From IMG/VR virus record IMGVR_UViG_3300020021_000179, positions 1-57,562 of that record: a DNA stretch of 57,562 nucleotides, one strand, 5' to 3'. Positions 38,795 through 48,047 of the stretch are shown one piece after another. Numbering within the stretch: the stretch's first letter is position 1; each line of letters begins with the position of its first letter. The notes under the pieces were generated by a model. The model was not told the DNA's origin, made no database searches, and was given only the letters and a program-made list of their open reading frames with translations. Made by a program: the position numbers and the translations under genes. Source of the DNA: a virus (Duplodnaviria; Caudoviricetes).

Positions 38795-41346
38795 AGAAAC
38801 TATTTATTTTTTTACTTTCTTTAACTGCTTTCAGTTCAGCCTTCAGCCAGACGGGGAACGATACGACCAAATATAGCCGGTTTAAAAACTACGGCGACAG
38901 GAAGGCAAGATATTGGGCCGACTCGGTTCTGAATCTACCGAGCGATACTACGTTAAGCAAATGGGGATTGGCAAGGAAAGGATTGCTTCTTTATGTCGGC
39001 GACGGTACGCAGTGGGCACAAACGGGTGGAGGTGGTGGTGGTGGAAGTTTTACTGCCGATGAGCTGACGCTTCATCTTAGCGGCGCGAATGTCTTTTCTA
39101 TTAAATCCACTTATACCGGCCAGCCTTCTATCAACCAAGTGGGCGCACTAGCAAACGGATCTATCATTGCTGGATTTACCCCTATCGGAGACGGACAGAT
39201 ATCTAGTTCCGGTATATGGAATGCTAAATTAACCTCTACGCTTCCTTCTGGAAATATATTCGTAGGCAACGGATCTAATATTGCTACGGCGGTTTCTGTC
39301 AGTGGCGACGGAAGTTTTAATAACTCTGGCGTTTTAACACTAAGCAATACCACTGTTACCCCAGCCAGTTATACGAACGCCAATATAACCGTAGATTCAA
39401 AGGGTCGCGTAACGGCGGCGGCAAACGGTACAGGAGGCGGGGCAAGCACCCCATTCCCTGACAACTCCGCTATAGTTGAAGCGAATGCCGATCACACTAA
39501 ACTTCTTATCCTAAATGCCAGCTCAATCACCACGGCGACAACGCGAACGCTAACTTCCCCCGATGCATCTGGAACGATTGATCTACAAAACAACGCAGCG
39601 ACATTAACAAATAAATCTATTTCAGGATCGACCAATACGATCACCAATATATCGGAACCCGCGTTTCTATTCTCCAATATCACGACAGCCAATGCAACCA
39701 CTTCGCAGCACGGGCTATTGCCAAAACTCCCAAATGATACTACGCTATTCCTGAATGGACAAGGGGCATATACCGTCCCCTCTAAATTCATTTTACCTCA
39801 TACTTTAATTGGCATAGGTAATACCGCTGGATTTTTAGCTTACTCTACTTCTTTCTTTTATGATTCGTCGGCCTCTTATGCGCGGCTGGTTGGTGGCGTT
39901 GCCGGAACCGGGGATCAATTTGAAATCGGAACCAAATCCGCAAATACGCTTTGGTTAACCAATAATCCGGGATCGCTTCAGGCCAGTGTCAAAAGCAATT
40001 TCACGATGATCGCCCCTGCTCCGTCAGCAGCAGAATGCACCAACTGCACAGACATAGGAGGCACGGTTGGCAGCGGTGGAAACAACGTAAGCGTAGGGCA
40101 GCTTGCCGGTGGACGAAGCGGAAGCACGGGTGCAAACAATACGATCATCGGTTACCGGTCTGGAACTTTCGATAATACCCATCCGACCACAACAACCTTT
40201 AACGGAGATATTTTTCTAGGGTCTTTCACCGGGCCAGATAATACGCAGTTGAATCCTTCGATTTCCAATAGCACCATGATTGGGAACTCGATAAATATTG
40301 ACAGTAACAACGTTGCCATATTCGGGAATGCCAATCAGAGAATCATTTTAGGATTGACCAATGGTGCCACTCCCGGCGGCGTTACTTCTGATATGCTGGC
40401 TTTTTCGCCCATGGTAGGACAGATCTTTTACAACCAGGACAGCGCAGTCTATTGTATGTACAACGGAACCAAATGGATTAAATGGGGTGGTGGTTCGGGC
40501 GGAGGTGGTGGTGGCTTTGCCGATCCGCTTACAACGACTTATGATGTGATGTATCGCAACGGAAGCAACGTAACAACGAGGCTTCCCAAAGGAGCTAACA
40601 ATACCGTTCTGTTAACGGATAACAGTGGCGTGGTGGGATATAATCTTTTGATTAATTCCAACATGGCTACGATGCCAGCGCATACCCGCAAAGGGAATAT
40701 ATCCGGATCATCGGCCACACCAGCAGATATAACCAGCGCACAGGAAACAGCGGACTTGAATTTATTTACAACGTCTTTGCAGGGTCTTGTTCCGGCATCT
40801 ACTGGCGCGGTAACGGATTTCCTTCGGGGTGATAAGACATGGTCCCCACTACCTACAGATACTTTTTCACTAAGAACTCCGGGAACAGGTTCAGGAGCGT
40901 TAGCGCTTGCCTTTGCCAATGCAGGCGCTTTGGTCATCCCCAAGATTGCACCGGGAACGAATATCACATTCTCTGTTGCGGGGGATAGTTTGCTGACGAT
41001 AAATGCATCTGGTGGAAGCTCCGGCGTTGCCCTTGATGCCACACAAACTTATACAACAGGGGCAACACTTACAGTTACAAACGGAAATAATTACGTATAT
41101 GTAAATCCATCAACAGTACAGGCCGCCCTCACGATAACCCTTCCGACCACATGGCATAATTCAAATAACGTGTATATAATTTTTGGCGGCACAATAACGT
41201 CCGGTAATCCGGTTATCACTTCTTTTTCAGTAACAGGCGGAGTTGGGCAGACGAAAGTCGAAGCGGTAACGCCGTCAGGGACTTTTAATTCCGGCGAAGT
41301 CATTTTATATCATTTGAACGGGACTCTTGACAACAGAATATTATGA
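38791..41346 (+). CDS. tail fibre-like protein with Sec signal peptide
   Basis: MKKLFIFLLSLTAFSSAFS-Q; fibre repeats (VTPASYTNANITVDSKGRVTAAANG, TTRTLTSPDASGT, FLRGDKTW), poly-Gly hinges. Confidence 0.75.
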   Translation: MKKLFIFLLSLTAFSSAFSQTGNDTTKYSRFKNYGDRKARYWADSVLNLPSDTTLSKWGLARKGLLLYVGDGTQWAQTGGGGGGGSFTADELTLHLSGANVFSIKSTYTGQPSINQVGALANGSIIAGFTPIGDGQISSSGIWNAKLTSTLPSGNIFVGNGSNIATAVSVSGDGSFNNSGVLTLSNTTVTPASYTNANITVDSKGRVTAAANGTGGGASTPFPDNSAIVEANADHTKLLILNASSITTATTRTLTSPDASGTIDLQNNAATLTNKSISGSTNTITNISEPAFLFSNITTANATTSQHGLLPKLPNDTTLFLNGQGAYTVPSKFILPHTLIGIGNTAGFLAYSTSFFYDSSASYARLVGGVAGTGDQFEIGTKSANTLWLTNNPGSLQASVKSNFTMIAPAPSAAECTNCTDIGGTVGSGGNNVSVGQLAGGRSGSTGANNTIIGYRSGTFDNTHPTTTTFNGDIFLGSFTGPDNTQLNPSISNSTMIGNSINIDSNNVAIFGNANQRIILGLTNGATPGGVTSDMLAFSPMVGQIFYNQDSAVYCMYNGTKWIKWGGGSGGGGGGFADPLTTTYDVMYRNGSNVTTRLPKGANNTVLLTDNSGVVGYNLLINSNMATMPAHTRKGNISGSSATPADITSAQETADLNLFTTSLQGLVPASTGAVTDFLRGDKTWSPLPTDTFSLRTPGTGSGALALAFANAGALVIPKIAPGTNITFSVAGDSLLTINASGGSSGVALDATQTYTTGATLTVTNGNNYVYVNPSTVQAALTITLPTTWHNSNNVYIIFGGTITSGNPVITSFSVTGGVGQTKVEAVTPSGTFNSGEVILYHLNGTLDNRIL

Positions 41347-43805
41347 GAAATTTAATAACGATATTATTTGTTATGCTATGCGCCGTATCCTTTGGACAGG
41401 GCGTACACGTAACAGCAAACAACCCAGGACATCCTTATTATGCAAAAGATTGGGGATTCAAAGGAGATAGCTCGACAGACAATACACCGATATTCAGAAA
41501 TTTCATACTAATAACGCCTTCCGGTTCCGATCTGTGGTTTGACAACGGTAAATTTTTATTTTCCGACAGTGTGCTATTTAAAGGATACAGCATTCACATT
41601 CACGGGACAGGTATGGGTGGCGAAAAAGTATTTAGCGATACAACTGGGAATCGTTCTTTCCAGTGTGCGTTTTATTACACCAGTTCTACAAAAAACTTCC
41701 TCGTATTCGACACATCGGCGACAAATACATCGCCCGGAATTTCAATAGACAATATCGCTATCATCAATTCATCTTCGGTCGTACCAACGGCGGGAGCGGC
41801 GATAGTAGTTAAAAATAACGTGAACTCATTCCATTTCGAGAACCTTCGGGTACGCAGGTTCTTTATCGACTACGATTTCCAGGCAACTTATTACTGGTCG
41901 ATGGTCAACTGCCGGATCGACTGGCCGGTGAAAATAGGCATACGGCTTGGTAATAACATCGATGCCGATCTGGGTGACTGGTCTATCGTCGGTTGTATTT
42001 TCCAGTCGGGTTTCTACAATGTAACCGACTGCGTTGGGTTCCTTTGGCTGGCAGGCGGCGGCGGTAAGGTTGTAAACTGTAAATGGAATTCATCTGATTA
42101 TTCCACAACGCCGGCGCATCATTTCAGTAAATGTATTTACGCAACATTCACACAAGGGGCTACATCTGATTTCGTGTGTAATAATACTTCATTCGAAAAC
42201 TTCGACTCGACAGCCATCAAGATGAATAATCTTTCGGGTGGTCTTGTATCTCATATACAGATTGATAACGTTCAGATTTCACCGGTCAATAACGCATCCA
42301 GTGTTCAGTCGGCTATTGATTTAAATAATTTTGCGCTGGTAACAATTAATAATGCAGTAGGTCGAAACTATGTCGGATCAATTTCGCATCCCTTTATCCT
42401 GCTTCAAAATATTGTAAGCGGAAGTATCAGCGGTCAGATTTCAGTAGTGGATTATAGCAGCGTCTACAGTATGGTAAGCTGCACGAATGTTACGGCAGAT
42501 TATCTTCTTAGTAACCAGATTTCTCTTGCATCCGACGCCACAAAGAATGGTGTATTAGTTGGTACGCTTGGAATGGAGTGTACAGGTACGAACTCTTGTC
42601 TTGTTCAGGAAAACAGCACATATAGCGCCGGTTATACAAGAAATGCAACAGGATGGGCGGACAACTTTTTCTTTGGCGCTGGTGAAATAGCGGCTCAAAT
42701 GTCAACCGTATCAGCAGCGGGTGGAACAATACCAACATTTAAAATTCCACTCCGGTGGAATGCAACACAAGTGGCAATCGGTGGCGACGTACAAAGCCCA
42801 ACGCTTGCGGGCCTGTCTTCTTTATATGTCGATGCCACAAGTATAAAAGTGGCTGATTTTGCCGTTCCCAATGGCACTACATCCGATTCCGTTTTGGTTG
42901 GAACAACTTCAGCGGGAATCATGACGGTGAAGAAAGTCGCCCAGTCATCCATTGGCGGAAGCGGCCTTTCGGGTCTTACGGCTACTGATTTAATGGTAGC
43001 TCAAACATCTTCAAGTATCGGTGGAGATGCAACGCTTACCTACGTAACATCAACGGGTCAGCTTGCCTTAAATAAAAGCCAGAACGCGGGAACACAATTC
43101 ACAGTTACAAACAATAACGGCGGTACGGGTACTAATGCAACTGTCACCGTTACAGATCTAACACACTATGCACAGATAGGAATTTTCGGAACGGGGGCAA
43201 CGCCTTATGGCGCTGTCGGAGCTGATAACGGATACTTTTATTCCAACGCGCCGAAGTTCATTTTTATGAATGATAACGCATCTGGAGAAATAGATATCGC
43301 TATTGGAACAACACCATCAGCGCAGGATAAATTTAAGGCCAACGGATCAATTGTCTTTGGGCTTTATGGTGCGGGGACATTTACTGGAACCGCAACTAAA
43401 ACAGCGCAGTTCGATGCATCCGGAAATCTAATTGAAGGCGACGCCGTTTCCGGTGGCACATGGGCATCATCTCCGGCCAACACGACGAATATTGCATCCA
43501 GTTCCGAAACAAATGTAAGATATCACAGAGTCGGTAATACTGTTTTTTGTCAGGTTGGTTACGGGATTACGCCTTCACTTGGAAGCGGCGCGCAGACCGT
43601 TTTAACGCTCACACTTCCATTTAATACCGCAACCACAACGCAAGGGGCGGCGGGAACCGGCACTTGGTCAGATAATGCAGGAGCGGGTGTTTATACCGGG
43701 GCGGAAGTTCAGATACAATCGGCATCAACGGCAACAATACATTTTCAGGCAACATCAACGGCAGCCGGAATATTAACGGCATCATTCGCTTATAAATTAA
43801 ACTAA
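41343..43805 (+). CDS. tailspike-like parallel beta-helix (pectin-lyase fold) protein with Sec signal peptide
   Basis: MRNLITILFVMLCAVSFG-Q; AKDWGFKGDSSTDNT, Asn-rich helix repeats; C-terminal RYHRVGNTV...LTLPF receptor-binding-type domain. Confidence 0.75.
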   Translation: MRNLITILFVMLCAVSFGQGVHVTANNPGHPYYAKDWGFKGDSSTDNTPIFRNFILITPSGSDLWFDNGKFLFSDSVLFKGYSIHIHGTGMGGEKVFSDTTGNRSFQCAFYYTSSTKNFLVFDTSATNTSPGISIDNIAIINSSSVVPTAGAAIVVKNNVNSFHFENLRVRRFFIDYDFQATYYWSMVNCRIDWPVKIGIRLGNNIDADLGDWSIVGCIFQSGFYNVTDCVGFLWLAGGGGKVVNCKWNSSDYSTTPAHHFSKCIYATFTQGATSDFVCNNTSFENFDSTAIKMNNLSGGLVSHIQIDNVQISPVNNASSVQSAIDLNNFALVTINNAVGRNYVGSISHPFILLQNIVSGSISGQISVVDYSSVYSMVSCTNVTADYLLSNQISLASDATKNGVLVGTLGMECTGTNSCLVQENSTYSAGYTRNATGWADNFFFGAGEIAAQMSTVSAAGGTIPTFKIPLRWNATQVAIGGDVQSPTLAGLSSLYVDATSIKVADFAVPNGTTSDSVLVGTTSAGIMTVKKVAQSSIGGSGLSGLTATDLMVAQTSSSIGGDATLTYVTSTGQLALNKSQNAGTQFTVTNNNGGTGTNATVTVTDLTHYAQIGIFGTGATPYGAVGADNGYFYSNAPKFIFMNDNASGEIDIAIGTTPSAQDKFKANGSIVFGLYGAGTFTGTATKTAQFDASGNLIEGDAVSGGTWASSPANTTNIASSSETNVRYHRVGNTVFCQVGYGITPSLGSGAQTVLTLTLPFNTATTTQGAAGTGTWSDNAGAGVYTGAEVQIQSASTATIHFQATSTAAGILTASFAYKLN

Positions 43806-43808
43806 AAC

Positions 43809-44066
43809 ATGAAACTATTAACAATCGCTTTTTTATTTATTGGTTCATCGGGTTTCGCGCAGAAAAATATCGTAGCTCCGCCTATTCCACACGACACGAC
43901 TTATGTCCTGCAAATAGACGCGGCGATATGGCAAAAAATTCAGTATGTGATCAGTAAATCAAATGCCGAACATCTGGTATGGAAGGAAGTAGATGAATAT
44001 ATCAATCCCGCCGATCCCAAGAATAGAAAAATTAAAATGGTCGTTGATTCGGTAATAAAGAAATAG
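43809..44066 (+). CDS. small secreted protein
   Basis: MKLLTIAFLFIGSSGFA-Q. Confidence 0.6.
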   Translation: MKLLTIAFLFIGSSGFAQKNIVAPPIPHDTTYVLQIDAAIWQKIQYVISKSNAEHLVWKEVDEYINPADPKNRKIKMVVDSVIKK

Positions 44067-44068
44067 CT

Positions 44069-46654
44069 ATGAAGAAACTTCTTATCGTCCTTTTATCTCT
44101 GATCTCTTTCGCGCAGGCGCAAGTAACCACGACTTCCTATACCCGTCTGGCAGGTGACTACATACGTCCGAACGGAAGTTTCGAGCATTGGGGTACCTCA
44201 GATTGGGGGGCGTTCAATGCAACGCCGCAGATACCGGCCGGCAACTCGGTAGCAATGGATTATTACATGCGTCTGAACTGGACGGATATCGAATCCACAA
44301 CAACGCAAGGAACTTATTCGTGGACAATATTTGACAATGCGGTCAATCAATGCATAGATGCGGGCGCGATGTTTCACATGGCTGTCATGGATATGTGTTC
44401 CGCCTGCGGGCTTCCGGCCTTCGGGTATCCTACTTACTTGCATAATTTAATGCAAGCGGAAACAGCAAATTCCCGTGACTGGCAGGATGCCGATGGCGTG
44501 TGGATTCCAAACTGGAACTCGCCAAACTATATCGCACGGTATTCGGCTTTGATGACAGCCATTGCCGCTCATATCGCCGGGACTTCTCACTCAGGCCACA
44601 CCTACGCGTCTGCTTTTTCAAGTTGGGATATCCGTTCTTACGGAGACTTCGGGGAAGGGCATACCTACCCTTGGACAGGAACGGAGCCGACAGGCAGAAC
44701 AGCTACCACGGCTTCACTGGAGGCCTTGATTAATGCAGCGATTACCACGTTCCCGGGTGTGCAGATCACCAACCCGATGGCTTATTTCGATCACGGGCAT
44801 GCATCTGATCTTCCATTAGATTTCTGTTATTTCATGCTCACGGCTCAAAACGCTTATGGACATTTCGGATGGAGGCGCGACAACATCGGAGACGACGGGT
44901 ATAACGCTTATCTGAACGCCGATCCGAATACTTTTTCCGGACATCTGTTTCAGCCGATCATCATGGCCGCATGGCAGTTTGCGCCCATTGGCGGCGAACC
45001 GGCAAATGATTTAAATGGCACGAGTCGTTGCGGATCTATTCAGTGCGATCTGAATAACGAAATTAATATGTTCCACATTACCTATTGCGGCAATGGGAAC
45101 TATCCCATACCCACCAACGACCCGACAAACGGAACGGCTCTTGTAAATGCTATCCGGGCAGGCAATGCCATCATGGGTAATAAACTCGTACTGGATACGA
45201 CAAGAATAACGACTTCTCCCTCAACCGGCGGAACATTTAACATCAGTGCGTACTGGAAAAATATTAATGTCGCGCCCATTTACGAAAAGAAATGGAAGAT
45301 TATCTACGAACTCCGCAAGACCTCCGATCAGTCTGTTCAGTGGCGCGACACTTCCAAATTCAAACTTTATTTATTTCTGCCGCAGGCGAAAGACTCCGTA
45401 TTCAACGATAACTATTTACTCACCGGCGTGGCGGCATCTACCTACGATCTGCACATGTTCATCAAAGATTCAACTGGGTACAGACTTCCTTATCCTTTGG
45501 GGATCACCGGCAGACAAACAGACGGAAGCTATATCATTCGCGCGGGCATAGTAGTCAATACCAGCGGCGTACCAACGGCCAATGCCGGAGCCGATCAGAC
45601 GATTGCCCTTCCTTCTTCATCGGTAACGGTGGATGGATCGCTTTCCTCAGGTGCTTTAACGAGTTTTCTTTGGACTAAAATATCAGGGCCGAACACGCCT
45701 ACGATAGTAAGCCCTACAGCAATATCAACGATTATCGGTGGACTGATTCAAGGAACTTATGTTTTTCAACTTGGTGTTAATGGCGGCACGACCGGCTCTT
45801 TCATCGATCAGGTAACAGTTATTGTCAATCCCGCCCCACCGGCAGGAGCCAACGCCGGCAGCGATCAAACGATTACCCAACCGGCGGCATCTGTTGTTCT
45901 GGATGGATCTGGATCAACCGGGACAATCGCGTCTTACGCATGGACAAACGTCTCTGGGCCGGTCACGCCAGTTATTGCGACATCGACAAGCGTATCCACA
46001 ACCGTAACGGGAATGAGCGCGGTCGGTACTTACGTATTCCAACTTTCTGTAAACGGCGGTGTGTCGACCGATCAGGTAACGGTAAATGTAAATGCGCAAC
46101 CGTCAAACGGGGTTCACATATTTACAGCTCAGATCCCCGCAGGCGGAACAGGCGGTCCTGATGTAGCAGGAGGAATTGAACTTGGAGTTAAATTCAAATC
46201 AACACTCTCGGGATATATCACAGGAATACGTTTTTATAAGACTTCTGGCCTCACAGGAACCCATACCGGAGAGCTTTACACGGCAGCAGGCGTACGACTT
46301 GCTTCAGCCATATTCACCGCCGAATCGGCTACAGGATGGCAGAGCGTGTCTTTTGCGGCGCCCGTTGCAATCACCGCCGGAACGACTTATATCGCGGCTT
46401 ATTTAAGCAGCGCGGGACTTTATGTGAACGATGAATTTGGTTTGCAGGCAGCGATTACCAATTCACCACTTCAGGCATTGGCTGACGGCGCTTCCGGAGT
46501 AAACGGACTTTTCGATTATACCAGCGTCGCCAAAGTTCCGACATCATCTTTTCACTCGACAAATTATTGGGTGGACGTTATTTTTTCAGCAACCAATCCC
46601 AATAAAACCATTCATTTAAAATCAAGTCATATTTATTTTATACCCGCACCATGA
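44069..46654 (+). CDS. secreted glycoside-hydrolase-like protein (clan-A-like barrel, DUF4832, two K319L-type PKD, DUF4082)
   Basis: Signal MKKLLIVLLSLISFAQA-Q; YMRLNWTDIE, YGDFGEGH, GWRRD, APIGGEP; ANAGADQTI x2; ELGVKF, ITGIRFYK, NYWVDV. Confidence 0.8.
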   Translation: MKKLLIVLLSLISFAQAQVTTTSYTRLAGDYIRPNGSFEHWGTSDWGAFNATPQIPAGNSVAMDYYMRLNWTDIESTTTQGTYSWTIFDNAVNQCIDAGAMFHMAVMDMCSACGLPAFGYPTYLHNLMQAETANSRDWQDADGVWIPNWNSPNYIARYSALMTAIAAHIAGTSHSGHTYASAFSSWDIRSYGDFGEGHTYPWTGTEPTGRTATTASLEALINAAITTFPGVQITNPMAYFDHGHASDLPLDFCYFMLTAQNAYGHFGWRRDNIGDDGYNAYLNADPNTFSGHLFQPIIMAAWQFAPIGGEPANDLNGTSRCGSIQCDLNNEINMFHITYCGNGNYPIPTNDPTNGTALVNAIRAGNAIMGNKLVLDTTRITTSPSTGGTFNISAYWKNINVAPIYEKKWKIIYELRKTSDQSVQWRDTSKFKLYLFLPQAKDSVFNDNYLLTGVAASTYDLHMFIKDSTGYRLPYPLGITGRQTDGSYIIRAGIVVNTSGVPTANAGADQTIALPSSSVTVDGSLSSGALTSFLWTKISGPNTPTIVSPTAISTIIGGLIQGTYVFQLGVNGGTTGSFIDQVTVIVNPAPPAGANAGSDQTITQPAASVVLDGSGSTGTIASYAWTNVSGPVTPVIATSTSVSTTVTGMSAVGTYVFQLSVNGGVSTDQVTVNVNAQPSNGVHIFTAQIPAGGTGGPDVAGGIELGVKFKSTLSGYITGIRFYKTSGLTGTHTGELYTAAGVRLASAIFTAESATGWQSVSFAAPVAITAGTTYIAAYLSSAGLYVNDEFGLQAAITNSPLQALADGASGVNGLFDYTSVAKVPTSSFHSTNYWVDVIFSATNPNKTIHLKSSHIYFIPAP

Positions 46655-47061
46655 AAAAACTAATCATTATAGGACTTCTTATTGTTGCCGCCATTTCTGT
46701 AACATACGCACAAACGGTCATCAGTCCATCCACGACAGTGCTGGCCTTTAGCGCAATGAACACGGGTCAATACCGGTTTATCAACTCCGGCGATACAGTG
46801 TATTTCAATAAGGATACACTAGGAATTAAAATCGTTTCGATTACAGTTCACGATACAATTCCAAAGATTTGCCCGGTTTGTAAGGTATTTTCTAAAGCGG
46901 ATACTGTAGCTATTCAGGCATTGAAAATATGCCCTCCGCCAATTATCTGTCCGGCATGTCCGCCAATACCAAAACAGAGAACAGCGACAGGAATTAGCTG
47001 GGATATTATTTTAAATAAGAAAACAATCACGTACGATAACGGAACTACATCAACCCTATGA
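46651..47061 (+). CDS. small secreted Cys/Pro-rich protein
   Basis: Signal ...VTYA-Q; CPVC and CPPPIICPACPP. Confidence 0.6.
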   Translation: MKKLIIIGLLIVAAISVTYAQTVISPSTTVLAFSAMNTGQYRFINSGDTVYFNKDTLGIKIVSITVHDTIPKICPVCKVFSKADTVAIQALKICPPPIICPACPPIPKQRTATGISWDIILNKKTITYDNGTTSTL

Positions 47062-47234
47062 CACATACGAATCCAACTGGCGTTCCTGGACTTTTATTAA
47101 TATCCGTTAGTTGGATACTTCACTTTATGAATCTATTCGATAAGGCTAACATAACCTTTATTCTTGGCGCCGTAGCGTCACTGGCAGCAATTATTTATTA
47201 CGTCATACAAATTAAAAAATCACTTAAAAGCTAA
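47058..47234 (+). CDS. putative holin (58 aa, 2 TM; not in ORF track)
   Basis: MTHTNPTGVPGLLLISVSWIL...FILGAVASLAAIIYYVIQIKKSLKS; basic C-terminus; ATGA-coupled. Confidence 0.55.
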   Translation: MTHTNPTGVPGLLLISVSWILHFMNLFDKANITFILGAVASLAAIIYYVIQIKKSLKS

Positions 47235-47238
47235 ATCA

Positions 47239-47556
47239 ATGACACAGATTGTAACAACAAAAACATCGGCAAATATTCTTGGGCTAAGCGATTGGCTTAA
47301 AGGGTTTTTAGTAGCCATTATTTCCTCCGTGCTGACGGTAATTTATACCAGTTTTAGTGCAGGTTCTTTGACTTTCGAATATAAATCAATCGCACTCGTT
47401 GCCGGAACATCAGGAATAGGGTATCTGCTAAAGAACGGATTTTCGCCAGCCGTAACTACGATAACGCCACCTCCTGGAACTGTTGCTGGTGAAACAGTTA
47501 CCGTTCAGATTCCAGCACCGGGTAAGACAATTACAGAAACAATTACAAAACCATAA
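47239..47556 (+). CDS. putative holin (2 TM)
   Basis: DWLKGFLVAIISSVL, IALVAG, GYLLKN. Confidence 0.55.
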   Translation: MTQIVTTKTSANILGLSDWLKGFLVAIISSVLTVIYTSFSAGSLTFEYKSIALVAGTSGIGYLLKNGFSPAVTTITPPPGTVAGETVTVQIPAPGKTITETITKP

Positions 47557-47570
47557 TTCAAATTTAATTT

Positions 47571-48047
47571 ATGTCAATTTTCACAAAAGCATGGGACTGG
47601 CTAAAAGGCGTTTTCGGATCAGTAGGACAGTCAGCAGATTCAATCGCAATCGTTATCACAGAACAAATTCAGTCAGCATTGAAATCGGGCGTTGCGGGAT
47701 TTCTGGCAACGGTCATTGATGGCCTGACAAAATCCAACGTTGGGGATGAAGTCCTGAACCTCTTAAAGAAATATATTCCGGAAGTGCTGGCCGTTGAGCT
47801 TGCCATTCAGGGATTGCCCGCCAATCCAACGGAAGCTGATATTTTAGCTTTCGAACAGCGTGTACTTGCTGCATTTGGCGTTACAGATAACACATCAAAG
47901 CTATACACAACTGTCGCCGCGCAATTATATGGGAGACTTCAGGAAGCGTTGCTTGACAAGAAATTAACCTTCGCCGAATGTGTTGCTATCGTTGAAGGAA
48001 CTTATCAGGATTATGTAGGAGATCAGAACGCCACGCCGGATGCATAA
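47571..48047 (+). CDS. hypothetical helical protein
   Basis: Amphipathic N-terminus MSIFTKAWDWLKGVF; lysis-region context. Confidence 0.55.
   Translation: MSIFTKAWDWLKGVFGSVGQSADSIAIVITEQIQSALKSGVAGFLATVIDGLTKSNVGDEVLNLLKKYIPEVLAVELAIQGLPANPTEADILAFEQRVLAAFGVTDNTSKLYTTVAAQLYGRLQEALLDKKLTFAECVAIVEGTYQDYVGDQNATPDA

Noticed and set aside
38791-46654. Strong O-glycosylation sequon enrichment in the large exported proteins
   Set aside because: Counts by eye (6, 4, 3) are not above the non-exported hub protein (about 6); only the small proteins stand out.
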